A stretch of DNA of 31,120 nt. Origin: a virus (taxonomy: Duplodnaviria > Caudoviricetes). Positions 9,001 through 16,216 of the stretch are shown piece after piece. Each line of letters starts with the position of its first letter. Positions within the stretch are counted from its first letter, which is position 1. The stretch covers positions 1 to 31,120 of IMG/VR virus record IMGVR_UViG_3300016478_000125. The stretch is one strand, 5' to 3'. A model generated the notes under the pieces. The model made no database searches. It was given only the letters and a program-made list of their open reading frames with translations, and was not told the DNA's origin. Both the position numbers and the translations under genes were made by a program.

Positions 9001-10727
9001 TTCAAAAGCTGTTGATAGATGCTTCTGGCTTTTTCCAACTTAGGCTGAATATCTGCCACTTCTTGTTGAAGTGCTTGAAGCTCTTTTGGCTCCAAAGGAG
9101 GCGCTTGCATCTTGGCTTGCAAGGCTGCAATGTCTTCTTGAATAGAAGGATCGTTCGGGTAGTCCTGTGCTTCTTGGCGCAGTTCAGCAAGCTCTGCCTG
9201 CAATTCAGGACTATCCCCTCTTTGCATGGCTGCTTGACGTACAGCCACATCACGCTCAAAAGAGTTGATGATTTGCCTAATCTGGGCTTGACGGGCTTGT
9301 TTTTGTTCTGTGGTGTAGTTGCTGGTGTCTTGGCGGAACAGTACTTCTAAAGCCAGAGAAGGATCATAGTTCTTACGGTCTGCCCTGTTTAAGAAAACAC
9401 TAACATCACCTGTCTTTTCTGCTTCGGCAACACGGGCACGATCTGCTTCGTTGCGCTTCAATGTTTCTTCAGCTTTATTACGAGCTTCTTTGTATTGAGA
9501 GTGCATATCTTTAGCTGCGCCTACTACTGCCAATGCAGGAGATACAGCCGCCACACCGCCACCAGCCAAACTACCAATGAAAGCCCCTCTGTATATATCT
9601 TTGGCAGTACTGCCTTCCAGGTTAGCTTCCCCTTCAGCATATGTTTGCCATCCTTCTGTCAGGCCCTCAACAGCTATCGCTTTTGGAACAGAAGTCGCGT
9701 AATTACGCAAAGTTTGCTTAAATCCAGCCTTAACCGCGTCATCTGTAGTTCCAAGAATCTTACGGATACCTCGTAGCTGAACTACGTCACTAAGCTGTTC
9801 TGCCAAAACCAGAGATACTGCATGAGTAGCCATACGTTCCTGTTGTTCGGGAGAAGGCATAGCTCCGTTATTTTCTTCTTGGTACTTCTGGATACCCTTA
9901 CTATACTCATCGACAGCGTAGCCAATATTGCTTGTTGTCAGCAAGGCCATACCCGCTCGACCAGAAAGACCTAAAGCGATTTGGGGTATGACCTCTGCAA
10001 CGTACTCAAAAGCACCTGCGGGATTATTGTAGGCACTAACTCCTGCATTGGCAATTATCCTGCCAATGCCTGAAGTAATGTTGGTCCAACCTTCCCTATC
10101 TTGACCAACGCCTAGCTGTCTCCAACCTTCTTTTACACGCTCCCACTGATCATCAAACCCACGATCCCCATCTTCAATTAGTTGTTCTCTGTTCCCTTGA
10201 TGAACCAGTCGGCCAACACTGGTAGCTGCTTCCACGATATCGCGTCCAGCAGCGCGGTTACGCATAGCGTATTCAATGGATTGCTGAATGGTAGGGCTGT
10301 TCATACGACCATCATGGTACGTACTACTGCTCAAAACCAACATATCACGGTCTGATGCCCTGCCCTCTTTCATGCGTCGGTAGGCTTCAAAGTGCTCCTG
10401 GTTAAGGTGCGCCTCACTATGTATTGCTGCAATTTGGCTAGGCCAAGAAAGAATATGACCGCCGAGTCTAGCCCCACTAGCAACAATAGAGGCACCCAAG
10501 TTAACAGCATTGGCGTCACGTGTTCCTGGAGAAAGATTAAGCCTGCTGACCAAAGAGTCTTTATTTTGCTCTTCAGCTTGAGCTTGAGCTTGGCGAACAG
10601 TCTGCAATGCTTTAAGCTCTTCACGAATCTGGTTAGCTCTGGCATTTACATCTTGCCTACCAAACTCCATCAGATCGTTAAATGCGTTTGGGTTTACAGA
10701 CAGGGGGGGTACACGAGAGTTATTCAT
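1..10727 (-). CDS. Virion-encapsidated RNA polymerase (N4 gp50-like vRNAP), >3570 aa, 3' end beyond the window
   Basis: ATG at 10727 follows an AAGGAAG RBS (MNNSRVPPLSVNPNAF...). The same frame holds at every spot translated, and the ORF track shows no terminated ORF in this frame. T7-type motifs seen: A GEVDGVTNGPML (~5970-6006), B RNIIKRPITALHFGS (5664-5708), SIHSFDSA (~4950-4975), C LNIHDAH (~4895-4916). The window edge reads FVNYDIPLPRLLQYLD. Synteny matches N4. Confidence 0.95.
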   Translation of the reverse strand, partial: MNNSRVPPLSVNPNAFNDLMEFGRQDVNARANQIREELKALQTVRQAQAQAEEQNKDSLVSRLNLSPGTRDANAVNLGASIVASGARLGGHILSWPSQIAAIHSEAHLNQEHFEAYRRMKEGRASDRDMLVLSSSTYHDGRMNSPTIQQSIEYAMRNRAAGRDIVEAATSVGRLVHQGNREQLIEDGDRGFDDQWERVKEGWRQLGVGQDREGWTNITSGIGRIIANAGVSAYNNPAGAFEYVAEVIPQIALGLSGRAGMALLTTSNIGYAVDEYSKGIQKYQEENNGAMPSPEQQERMATHAVSLVLAEQLSDVVQLRGIRKILGTTDDAVKAGFKQTLRNYATSVPKAIAVEGLTEGWQTYAEGEANLEGSTAKDIYRGAFIGSLAGGGVAAVSPALAVVGAAKDMHSQYKEARNKAEETLKRNEADRARVAEAEKTGDVSVFLNRADRKNYDPSLALEVLFRQDTSNYTTEQKQARQAQIRQIINSFERDVAVRQAAMQRGDSPELQAELAELRQEAQDYPNDPSIQEDIAALQAKMQAPPLEPKELQALQQEVADIQPKLEKARSIYQQLLNEQTGQREINTNVDESVQAVKDAADVAAAAPAVGNIRILSMASPGVVSTQQAQALLNSGKLSQDDIKYFRLYINAETSLNQAKNMKQVSREVMEGDPQQRQKGLATYRKNVASFLADGNKYLARREMAGLVRFIDSHSAKLGAMNAALESSKQTGRTYHIFKDESGEWQSKELPEGTKNFKRKKGEYLIDARSSQQMVAAVSQELQAMADTQLLLDSQINQVNAEGANNATTLSEDNTTTNSNATSGDTGGIEASSQESGIGTNEGAATATEAQSNDVTPTVVANPDDNIPRVQVGEDPDGWLNQNAQLARTQSDNAGLTAEIEGYFAKGMTARQALNEVKSRLTFVDPHEQKSWIVGVRATLGIPSQMDTDGQLEFAQWQNEYNQRQANKLKNARQPSTNQTQPTNTPQETAAPEIAQETTEAGEITESTASPEGSTEQSVESESASLSLFESLDENLAIARDTLTQRAGREGGTQRPLVKVKNFLYSLVSGTESASSYLKDALTSEQQNTLRKFLQLAPVWNAAITKLLPTQLKTEYSWKNVAEFLMANTYGQIDFDENVKTAMTAAAMAWVSDFYRQGLFNDDRAINQLLGREENHEVSPEERRLLASVGVRRATAANALGRRVVEALGLKAKKSAPQNLMVNLEATLGTYAMQLLVDQNVLENNPPITQEQWVAMTGQTPNPDFEFAKQDFVRLARVKGNQKEVNEKVRWVLDATKGSQNLLEKLFSVEDRATFPTMEPVPYAQNRVKKGITRIPKKLAEALKKKNQEPNFLRINMYEIISVMSPDLFLQIAGVKVVDDNTMHINNRRSQEAKNDGLERDYWNIREFIETTWSDAGLELPIFLQHVAWKNQRVGIENTVLNPQTSKIARHLLTRETWRTEVNPTNSTSFDNFKLRVLEGFGVKTDKQSNEKSLQQWESTVNNDVVKAGVDALVYLRSNRGSELSLEQQQAIASAVAKGGENMKTLDALNALADLKMWEQQPEGVDKKATFTTELVGEVDGVTNGPMLTNLLMGAASIPGLLFQLINKGGFFQQEAGFENYNVYRGSDGVMDLYESTTKLVLDAIRPKAKTPDFEAIWAFTGAMEDGEGKVVKAGRNIIKRPITALHFGSAPSKAVDGMADDFVQAVFKQIEKYHQEGRDVSGLVKHLNNMMGLKGDKAIPANIPSSELMNLEFKEAQINRLKKHFNDHMGKPTIKVLKTQFESVMERKRSINGTAGLLFGMYNAVYQSMRQEYLNELVQSGVMDVDAKGNPKWDLSQEQEAEIEKRIKKLRPLLGTAMSQLSRDVGSGLSISKTQQQLSNNHLHRSRVQFNKANVGQASMMVSGQTLVKQGPGVAPFSMSIHSFDSAVSHMAALLSEALNIHDAHVTGLGNFQQVAQNLNKALWDMALQYSPAQAMYESAERQIKTMAQLLADPSTPNSVRAALKKQLEAEIAQYNEAKVKYKKPEEVFTGTPAEYLLMKLKDAKTEAYLADQVRLGALAEMAFVDQYALEGGQYTVTDKDRQEAKDALDKLEINIPDGLAETVLAFDQMFEGLPASDLDVQVNTEAYLDAFESLQSVLQASNAEVNTLIKRAANSNLENTQLKNLLEDVNSLMQSHGMALDKALKISAATAADIAALTHYLGTIQQSAQSTPFGVLGTPAVAPESDVVAMMEANPEMSGQEAVKKLWSVLQERGNFPQKAFYGKLLQMTSKVLGDNIKVKYVTPQTAPDEVLASPTTESRGWYVVNNGTIYVLSPEFAASGLTAELLVHELVHAALEHLIENPSTAAQKQAVQELEALLKEAKKYTQANKITKFNDALSNVHELVAWGMSNAEFQAEVLNRITMPETTQSNRVVEGLKKFIDSLVKLMFPDMAKPEKGFVSGFASLVGNTAALYREAGKQQSKKVDRAVEEANRIYSMATGNNNNQPNAQQIQKYTTEQVFASLGAMSPGLSSDFVLKLQERLNDVVNAFHGPFGAIKAEMEQRVGSTALDAWANAMARGERPFHGKVLNAGVKFTAQEGYVAEQIEAVMDELLQDKHAANSMIYKELEKVYLQARDQLKGQIAPELYNFVFIPQKTLGNRSDYMSRFVSLALSHEGFAQSLEFATRKISLDTRGKTFMQRLEILWRAAVDWLSARMTGTYSGQTAGARTEALVRKLVQIEARNKDKISSKNSLLEFVDTFGDKAKDSVDGVRSSIVKATQSNFVRENRFLAVQTAGKVLTAAMRLNAVANGINAFRNSQIKGKHGQAMQLLNYVKGPGQWLNAMSRIATHIQGERKHIMSDVSKAVMSGFKDGGSYLTTAAKKAISAHLLRTGAFYLLDKFKPSGIQTLLEDSKALDQAIQDEIGLLSSFPEVHYYIAQAKGLAWKQVTGWAGVEEQNLNAHNIARLYNTGNPLPAHAKDAQPTIERLIALYGLQYAKQEDSLGVSTLLDVMRTENARGAENGIEMVLATHRHLINDAKERIFKDSEALMIHGYLPEVTNPHIAFEVVRDDDEAQALIEQGYVFEMAIALDPHDPDKRIPRMYVLNGGGLPRWASGAFSTTGTNAKGKTKHGKYFNSNDPIGVENMQSMNAIHADKKQAVLNQFKPNPGFKPSREQNRLVPLLNAEGKKVDYRYTMKEVYRDKILERNNDFDHLLGVLASSTYDKEASSEQNAKLVEALHGHYRKDFGRNPQNYVLIGKDSEDPELKEIWDLLPKNTKRDVKAQWGMAGMRVPKEMVTPLFGYRKATIADAFKKDHRNALEQGFVDAFNKDPRKALEQGFVDVVHMLMRLNGMRKGMNHVQQRIYQRKAYAKVRKFEDAWEEIVREIKDTIVVKSAVVLWGNMTSNFSVLLMNGLSFKEVIMYQKEALNAVIDYERDRDALAQLQLRLNTAHGAVDTEDLVAEINRLQDAIDRNPAKELIDAGLLPTIVEDVTMEDDTYSYKSQFAHWIDEKVHNLNPSVVGAGRVLYMTHDTTLYKFLHKSTQYSDFVGRYALYRHETTRKRNPLSKEQALFNASESFVNYDIPLPRLLQYLD
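759..854 (-). repeat. Imperfect in-frame 48-bp tandem duplication within the vRNAP gene
   Basis: Units 759-806 and 807-854 encode AFKKDHRNALEQGFVD and AFNKDPRKALEQGFVD. Confidence 0.9.
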
Positions 10728-10764
10728 GGGCTTCCTTTGAATTAGCCGATTCTATTCCATCGGG

Positions 10765-10794
10765 AAAAAGAATAAACCCGCCGAAGCGGGTTTA
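10765..10794 (-). terminator. Intrinsic terminator after the gp51-like gene, upstream of vRNAP
   Basis: Minus strand reads TAAACCCGC-TTCG-GCGGGTTTA followed by TTCTTTTT. Confidence 0.85.
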
Positions 10795-10795
10795 C

Positions 10796-12022
10796 TTATT
10801 GTCCTCCAGTTACTCTTCGCCGTATTTCTTCCTGAGCAAGCCTATTATTAGCAAAGTTCTCTGCTTCTTGCAACATTGCGTCACTTCTTACAATGTTTGT
10901 TAGACGGGCAGCCACGTCAGCTGCAAGGGGCTCACGAAACCAATGCTGTCTACTTTGCTCTGTAATGGCTCTTTCAAGCAAAGCTGCAGTCAGTGGTACA
11001 GTAATTTGTGCTTTACCTCTCCTAACAATAAGATGCTTTCTGTCTGGAGTCACATCACCATTTTGCACCAACCTATTAACGACATTTTGAGTAAACACCG
11101 GAGCTTGTCCATTCCTCCCCCTAACTCCCGTAGTATCCAAAATTTGGTTAAGAGTTTTCTGTCCTTCTGTACTGTTCCAAGCAGGACCACCAAACACGCT
11201 GTTGTTGTTTGCATCCCTATGAGGCTGAGAAAGATACTCAGCCAGTCGTAAAGTATCAGGAATACTCATTGGCCTGGCTTGCGGGTTTCTCGCTGCTTCA
11301 ATTTGTGCTCTCGCTGCTGCAGCTTGTACTCTCTCTGCTTCTAGCTTTGCCTTCTGAAGATCCAGCTCACCTGGGCGCATTCTTTCTGCATGAGCGTGCT
11401 CATTGGCAAGCCATGTATGCTTCTGTTCTTCACGGCCTTCAGACACCAAATTGGCACGGCGAGCCAAAGCAGCCCCCATAAGGGCACTACTACCACGACT
11501 ATTCAGCATCCCACTTTCCTGATAGATGCTAATGGCTTGCTTGAGATTGGCAACTTCTTCGGGTGTTTGTGCGCGAAGCAATGCCTCGTTCAATCCATTA
11601 AGAACATCTCGCTGGCCTAGCTCTTCAAGCCAGTCTTTGTGTGCTTGCTGCCCTTGTTCAAACTGCTGTGCAGCCATGACCCTTTCTTGCAAATTCTGTA
11701 TCAAACTTCCCATGCGATCAGCTGCAAGTCTTTGATCCACTTGAGCACCAAAGCCTTCCAGCATTCCCCGAAGTTCTCCTGAAGCCATAGCAGCCTGAGC
11801 CTCTTCAGGTGTCTGAAACTCTGCTAGGCGAGCTAGAAAAGCATTGGTATTGTTTTCTCTATTTTGCTGCCAGTTTGCTTCTTCATTTGCCTGGAAATTA
11901 CCCAGCTCTGTTTGCAAACCAGAAAACATATCCCTAAATGCATTACCAGCACTAGCCAGGGTTCTTGAAGGATCTCCCATATTTGGCGCGTCTATGTTGC
12001 GCCATGTGATTACATTTCCCAT
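10796..12022 (-). CDS. Internal virion/ejection protein (N4 gp51 position)
   Basis: 408 aa, Ala/Gln/Glu-rich, no Cys. N-terminal ITWRNI motif, AAGGAG RBS, directly upstream of vRNAP. Confidence 0.75.
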   Translation of the reverse strand: MGNVITWRNIDAPNMGDPSRTLASAGNAFRDMFSGLQTELGNFQANEEANWQQNRENNTNAFLARLAEFQTPEEAQAAMASGELRGMLEGFGAQVDQRLAADRMGSLIQNLQERVMAAQQFEQGQQAHKDWLEELGQRDVLNGLNEALLRAQTPEEVANLKQAISIYQESGMLNSRGSSALMGAALARRANLVSEGREEQKHTWLANEHAHAERMRPGELDLQKAKLEAERVQAAAARAQIEAARNPQARPMSIPDTLRLAEYLSQPHRDANNNSVFGGPAWNSTEGQKTLNQILDTTGVRGRNGQAPVFTQNVVNRLVQNGDVTPDRKHLIVRRGKAQITVPLTAALLERAITEQSRQHWFREPLAADVAARLTNIVRSDAMLQEAENFANNRLAQEEIRRRVTGGQ

Positions 12023-12031
12023 ATCCGCTCC

Positions 12032-12484
12032 TTACAGTCGATTTTGGTTCATGTATTCCCCTACCGATTGATAAGCAGTAGGATTCGCTGCAACACGAGC
12101 ACGCTGACGATCTTCCATTTGGGTATTGAGGGTTTTCCGCTGATTAGCCATATTCTGATTCCAAGCATTTTTCTGGAAATCAAACTGACGTCTTGCAAGG
12201 CCGTACTGACGCATACCCATCAAGCCATTCATCAAAGCCTGTGCTGCGCCCAAAGCAAGACCCCCCCATCCATGACCCATCTGTCCTGTTATAGGATCCC
12301 GTGTATTAATAAAGCCAGAGTTTCTGGCCCAGTCTCCGATACGTTCCCCAATATTTCCTTGACCCAGGTTTTCACCAAGGGAAGGGGTAAGAGGCGTACT
12401 TTGCCTTGCTATACTAAGCCACCAGTCAGGGTCATATACAGCAGGAGAAGAACTAAAAGGAGCAGGAGATGTATTACGTGGCAT
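12032..12484 (-). CDS. Small virion protein (N4 gp52-like, ~16.5 kDa)
   Basis: Likely start is ATG 12484 (MPRNTSP) after GGAAGGA, giving 150 aa. Gly-rich GWGGLALG segment and NQRKTLNTQMEDRQRAR C-terminus. Synteny. Confidence 0.75.
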   Translation of the reverse strand: MPRNTSPAPFSSSPAVYDPDWWLSIARQSTPLTPSLGENLGQGNIGERIGDWARNSGFINTRDPITGQMGHGWGGLALGAAQALMNGLMGMRQYGLARRQFDFQKNAWNQNMANQRKTLNTQMEDRQRARVAANPTAYQSVGEYMNQNRL

Positions 12485-14753
12485 AGCTATATCCTTCCAC
12501 AGAAGAAGCAAAAGTAGGTAATTGAAGTTTTCGATGCACAAAGTGCTGCACATCATCTAACACTAATACGCCTATGTTACCTGAATGAATGGTTCTTTGG
12601 TAAAACTGTTGAGGTGTTTCCCCAAAAATTACCAAGGGAGAAAGTATTGAGCTGGTTTCAAGCATAGACCTGGAATCATCAATAAGTTTTTGTTCTTCCT
12701 CCATAGATCTAACAAGAGATGACCACTCTTGTTGTAGATTTGCAAAATTACCTTGAATAGCCCTGCTTATAGCAGATGCCAATCCTGTTGCGACTTGAAC
12801 AAAATCCTTTGCGCTTGCAATGAATGTGTTTGTTCCTGTCCATTTGGTTGAAATACCATATACAGCAGCAGCTATAGCCACCAATACAGCTACCTCTTCA
12901 CCCACTGTTTTTACAAATAATTTGAATGCAGCCTGAGCAGCTGCGAAATAAATTATTCGCATGGCAATGAGCTTCATCAAAGCCATAACACTTAATGACC
13001 CCAACCCAACTAAAGCAGCACCTATTGCAGATAAGCCGCCCATACTCCATACTGTTATAACAATACCCACTATCCTTAACAGAGCTCTAAAAATCCCTCT
13101 TTGATACCACCTTACTCTTTGTACAGTAACAATAAATGTATTAAAGACCAGATGCATACTACGCATCAACAGTCTTTCTCTGTTTCTGAATTTAATAGTT
13201 TCTACAATAGATCTATCCAAGGGAATTAAGCATAATTCTCCTCCATCATCCCCCATTACCGTGTGATGCGCACCGAATACCATGTATCTCATAGCCAGAT
13301 CCAGTACCAGTACTTCATCATAAAAATTACTGGTAACTTGTCTTCTATAAGCCCTGAATGGGGTACTGATAACTTCTGTTGAAGAAGTCCGATTTCCTTC
13401 TGAATCGAACCTAGGTATTACAGCTGTAGATGCTTGAACGCCTTTTATCATTGAACAACTACCAACAGTTCCTATCCTTCCAGCTTTTCTTGTTTTTGTA
13501 ATTCCTTTATTGATAAGAGACATTTCAAAAGCACGATCCCGAATAACAATCGCTTGACTGTTTCTATGCCTTGATGATCTTCGATTAAATGAGAATCTAC
13601 TAAGATATCCTTCTAAACCTGTACCTTGTGTGAATGCTTGAGGGGATTGTTCAGCTTTGGAAAAAAACTCAAACAAATACCTCAGTTCATCCTGATCATT
13701 CGTATCTGCAGGTACGGCCATTTTCATAAATGCACTCTGCACATCCCTAATATCGGGATTCTGGTGAATAGCATCATGAATCTGGTCGTAGTCTATCCCT
13801 GTGTATTTAAGTAACCTTCTGCCTGTCCTATACCTGGGATGGCTTTTATCACGAGCTTCGCTCTCTTTATTAAGCCTGAAATACACATTTGGGTAAAAGT
13901 CTGCAAATACCTCGGTATTCCCTTTTCCTTCATCAAAAAGAGAATCCAATGTCGGATGCAATCCAGAGCCTTCCTGGTATGTCCAGTACTTTAATTCTGT
14001 GCCTGCTTGATAAAGTGTCTGGAAATACTCTTCGTTATCATTCAAATTAACCACAGGTATTGTGAATGAATCTGTGAATACCTCTCTACCACTGCTTTCT
14101 GTACTCCAAAATATTCTTGTACTCCATCCAAACACCACCCTCAACCTAGGTGAAGTTATTCCTTGGATCATTCTCGGAGCCGAGGGATTAAATGAAATAT
14201 CCAGCCTCCCTGGTGCTGGCATAGAATTAGGCGCCCTTCCCCACAATTCCAAGGACTCTTCTTCGTATTGGCTTAATGGAATATGTCCCGGCAATTCTAG
14301 GTACATGTCCTCCAAAAATATAGGACGGCCCATTTCAATACTTAAGTTTTCCAGCCTATTTGTGTCGGGGTTATAGCCGTGGTTTGCTATTAGTTGCTGC
14401 CACCCGTAATGAATTCCATTTAATGCCCCGTGATAGCTATATCTGATGAGTACCGGCACACCCTCCAGTGCATCAAGCACTGCCTGTACTTGAGGTCTGC
14501 CTTCATCATTAAAATAAACCTCTCCTGAAGGCAAACCATAGTAATACCTGTTTCTGCCATATGAGTGCATTTGCCTTTGCCTATTGGCAATACTACTCAC
14601 GGCATTTTCAAGAAGATTATCAACTATATCTTCATCTGCGTACAAAGACGAAGCCAGCGTTGCTTTCACACTGCTGGTGATGTCTGTGTCATCAATGACT
14701 CGACTAAAACTGGTTCCTACGTGGTAAGTAGTTCTAGTTCTGCTTCTAAACAT
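12474..14753 (-). CDS. Virion structural protein (N4 gp53-like)
   Basis: 759-aa ORF with hydrophobic C-terminal segments, in the gp53 syntenic position. Confidence 0.75.
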   Translation of the reverse strand: MFRSRTRTTYHVGTSFSRVIDDTDITSSVKATLASSLYADEDIVDNLLENAVSSIANRQRQMHSYGRNRYYYGLPSGEVYFNDEGRPQVQAVLDALEGVPVLIRYSYHGALNGIHYGWQQLIANHGYNPDTNRLENLSIEMGRPIFLEDMYLELPGHIPLSQYEEESLELWGRAPNSMPAPGRLDISFNPSAPRMIQGITSPRLRVVFGWSTRIFWSTESSGREVFTDSFTIPVVNLNDNEEYFQTLYQAGTELKYWTYQEGSGLHPTLDSLFDEGKGNTEVFADFYPNVYFRLNKESEARDKSHPRYRTGRRLLKYTGIDYDQIHDAIHQNPDIRDVQSAFMKMAVPADTNDQDELRYLFEFFSKAEQSPQAFTQGTGLEGYLSRFSFNRRSSRHRNSQAIVIRDRAFEMSLINKGITKTRKAGRIGTVGSCSMIKGVQASTAVIPRFDSEGNRTSSTEVISTPFRAYRRQVTSNFYDEVLVLDLAMRYMVFGAHHTVMGDDGGELCLIPLDRSIVETIKFRNRERLLMRSMHLVFNTFIVTVQRVRWYQRGIFRALLRIVGIVITVWSMGGLSAIGAALVGLGSLSVMALMKLIAMRIIYFAAAQAAFKLFVKTVGEEVAVLVAIAAAVYGISTKWTGTNTFIASAKDFVQVATGLASAISRAIQGNFANLQQEWSSLVRSMEEEQKLIDDSRSMLETSSILSPLVIFGETPQQFYQRTIHSGNIGVLVLDDVQHFVHRKLQLPTFASSVEGYSYAT

Positions 14754-14767
14754 GATTGGTTGTCTTT

Positions 14768-15526
14768 CTAGGCACCCACACCACTCAGAAGCTTATTCAC
14801 TGCTCTACCAATAGCAACATCATTGAGCATGTTTACACCGTCAGCAACAGTACCTTCATCAGTGGTTCTTCGGGTTGCCCAAGACTTAATCATAAGATCA
14901 GCAGCTTTTTGTTCCGCATCCCGCTGGAATCCCTCGGTTTGCGCCTCATACAGAGCTTTTTGCCTACCAATCACACTATTCAGGTCAACGCCCATACCTG
15001 TAGTCTGAGCTTGCTCAGTAACCTTCCTTTGATTCAACAAAGAGGTTTCAGCACTTGTTTTGATAACTTGTTCTTTAATCAGATCAAACTCACCTCTTAG
15101 CTTACATTCCTGAGCAACCAGTACTGCGCCTTGCTTAGGGATGTTCAATGCTTCAGCCTGCATATTCAGAAGTTGCTGTGCCACCAAAGCATCTTCGCGT
15201 TTCAACTTGGCAATCTGAGCCTGCACCAGTTCTACTTCAGTCCTGGTTTTAAGAATCTGTTCCTGTGCCAACTCAACTTGCTTGGCTACCAGGGCTACTT
15301 CCAGACTCTGTTTCTGCTTCTGAAGGGTGAATTCAATTGCACCCTGCAGAACTGTCTGTAGTGAACCCAGGTAGACAGTAGCGTACTCGTTCCCTTTGAT
15401 CCGCCCCTGACGGAATTCCTGCTCCAGATGAGCCTTATTGGCCTGCATCAGGACATCAAATACTCCGGTTCCGTCCGTGGTGGCTGTAGTAAGGTCAGCC
15501 AAGGTAATTGGGGTGTACGTGCTCAT
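14768..15526 (-). CDS. Virion structural protein (N4 gp54-like)
   Basis: GTGVFDVLM...GRIKGNEYATVYLG N-terminus and coiled-coil middle. ATG 15526 preferred. Synteny. Confidence 0.75.
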   Translation of the reverse strand: MSTYTPITLADLTTATTDGTGVFDVLMQANKAHLEQEFRQGRIKGNEYATVYLGSLQTVLQGAIEFTLQKQKQSLEVALVAKQVELAQEQILKTRTEVELVQAQIAKLKREDALVAQQLLNMQAEALNIPKQGAVLVAQECKLRGEFDLIKEQVIKTSAETSLLNQRKVTEQAQTTGMGVDLNSVIGRQKALYEAQTEGFQRDAEQKAADLMIKSWATRRTTDEGTVADGVNMLNDVAIGRAVNKLLSGVGA

Positions 15527-15602
15527 AGGCAAATAGTCTACCTGGGTTCTTTAATAAGGCAAGGATTATATGCCCTGCTTGTTATGGTTGATGAGTTAGG
15601 TA

Positions 15603-16142
15603 TCAACCACCCTTGGCCATCAGTTGACGCTGGGCCAGCTCTTTGAGTTCTTTCTCTGTCAGCGGAGGAAGAATCTCAACTGCAAACTCCTTGATCAACT
15701 TCGATTTACGAATACTGTTTCCTCGACTGTCCTTAGACGCATGGAAGATCTGGCACTGTCGTTCTTGAATAGTGTCCAGGATAATGCGGGGCACATGCCA
15801 ACCATCTTCGGCGTTGAATGGAACGTACTTCTTGAACGTACCAACCACCGAGTTTCCGACAGTAAAGATTTCGCCTTCCCATTCTTTCTTGGCTGGGTTC
15901 ATGCAAGTTACGCGAATACGTACCAGCTCGTTCGCTTTTTTCTGCAGTTCACCTCGTTGGCTTCCCAACGATACTTCCTTGGCTTCCTCTTCAGTAGGAG
16001 CCATGGCTGCATTCACTTTGTCCTTCAACTTTTCCAGGCTGATTGAAGGATGGTACTTAACTCCCATCAGATCAGCACGCGCCTTCAGTGCGGTCAGCTC
16101 GTCAGGGGCTTGGAGTTCGGTATCGGCATCAAAGTCAGACAT
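15603..16142 (-). CDS. Conserved N4 gp55-like protein
   Basis: LKARADLMGVKYHPSI and RIRVTCMNPAKKEWEGEIF segments. Lies immediately downstream of the capsid gene. Confidence 0.75.
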   Translation of the reverse strand: MSDFDADTELQAPDELTALKARADLMGVKYHPSISLEKLKDKVNAAMAPTEEEAKEVSLGSQRGELQKKANELVRIRVTCMNPAKKEWEGEIFTVGNSVVGTFKKYVPFNAEDGWHVPRIILDTIQERQCQIFHASKDSRGNSIRKSKLIKEFAVEILPPLTEKELKELAQRQLMAKGG

Positions 16143-16178
16143 ATTCAATAATCCAGTAAGTTAACAAATAAAACATTA

Positions 16179-16204
16179 GGAAAAGGGGATTACTCCCCTT
16201 TTCC
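16179..16204 (-). terminator. Stem-loop/terminator after the major capsid gene
   Basis: Minus strand reads GGAAAAGGGGA-GTAA-TCCCCTTTTCC, a perfect 11-bp stem just after the capsid stop, with T-rich sequence following. Confidence 0.75.
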
Positions 16205-16216
16205 ACTAAGCCAGCA

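Noticed and set aside
2648-10645. Short minus-strand ORFs (e.g. 2648..2881, 7655..7930, 10370..10645)
   Set aside because: They are out-of-frame overlaps inside the vRNAP gene.
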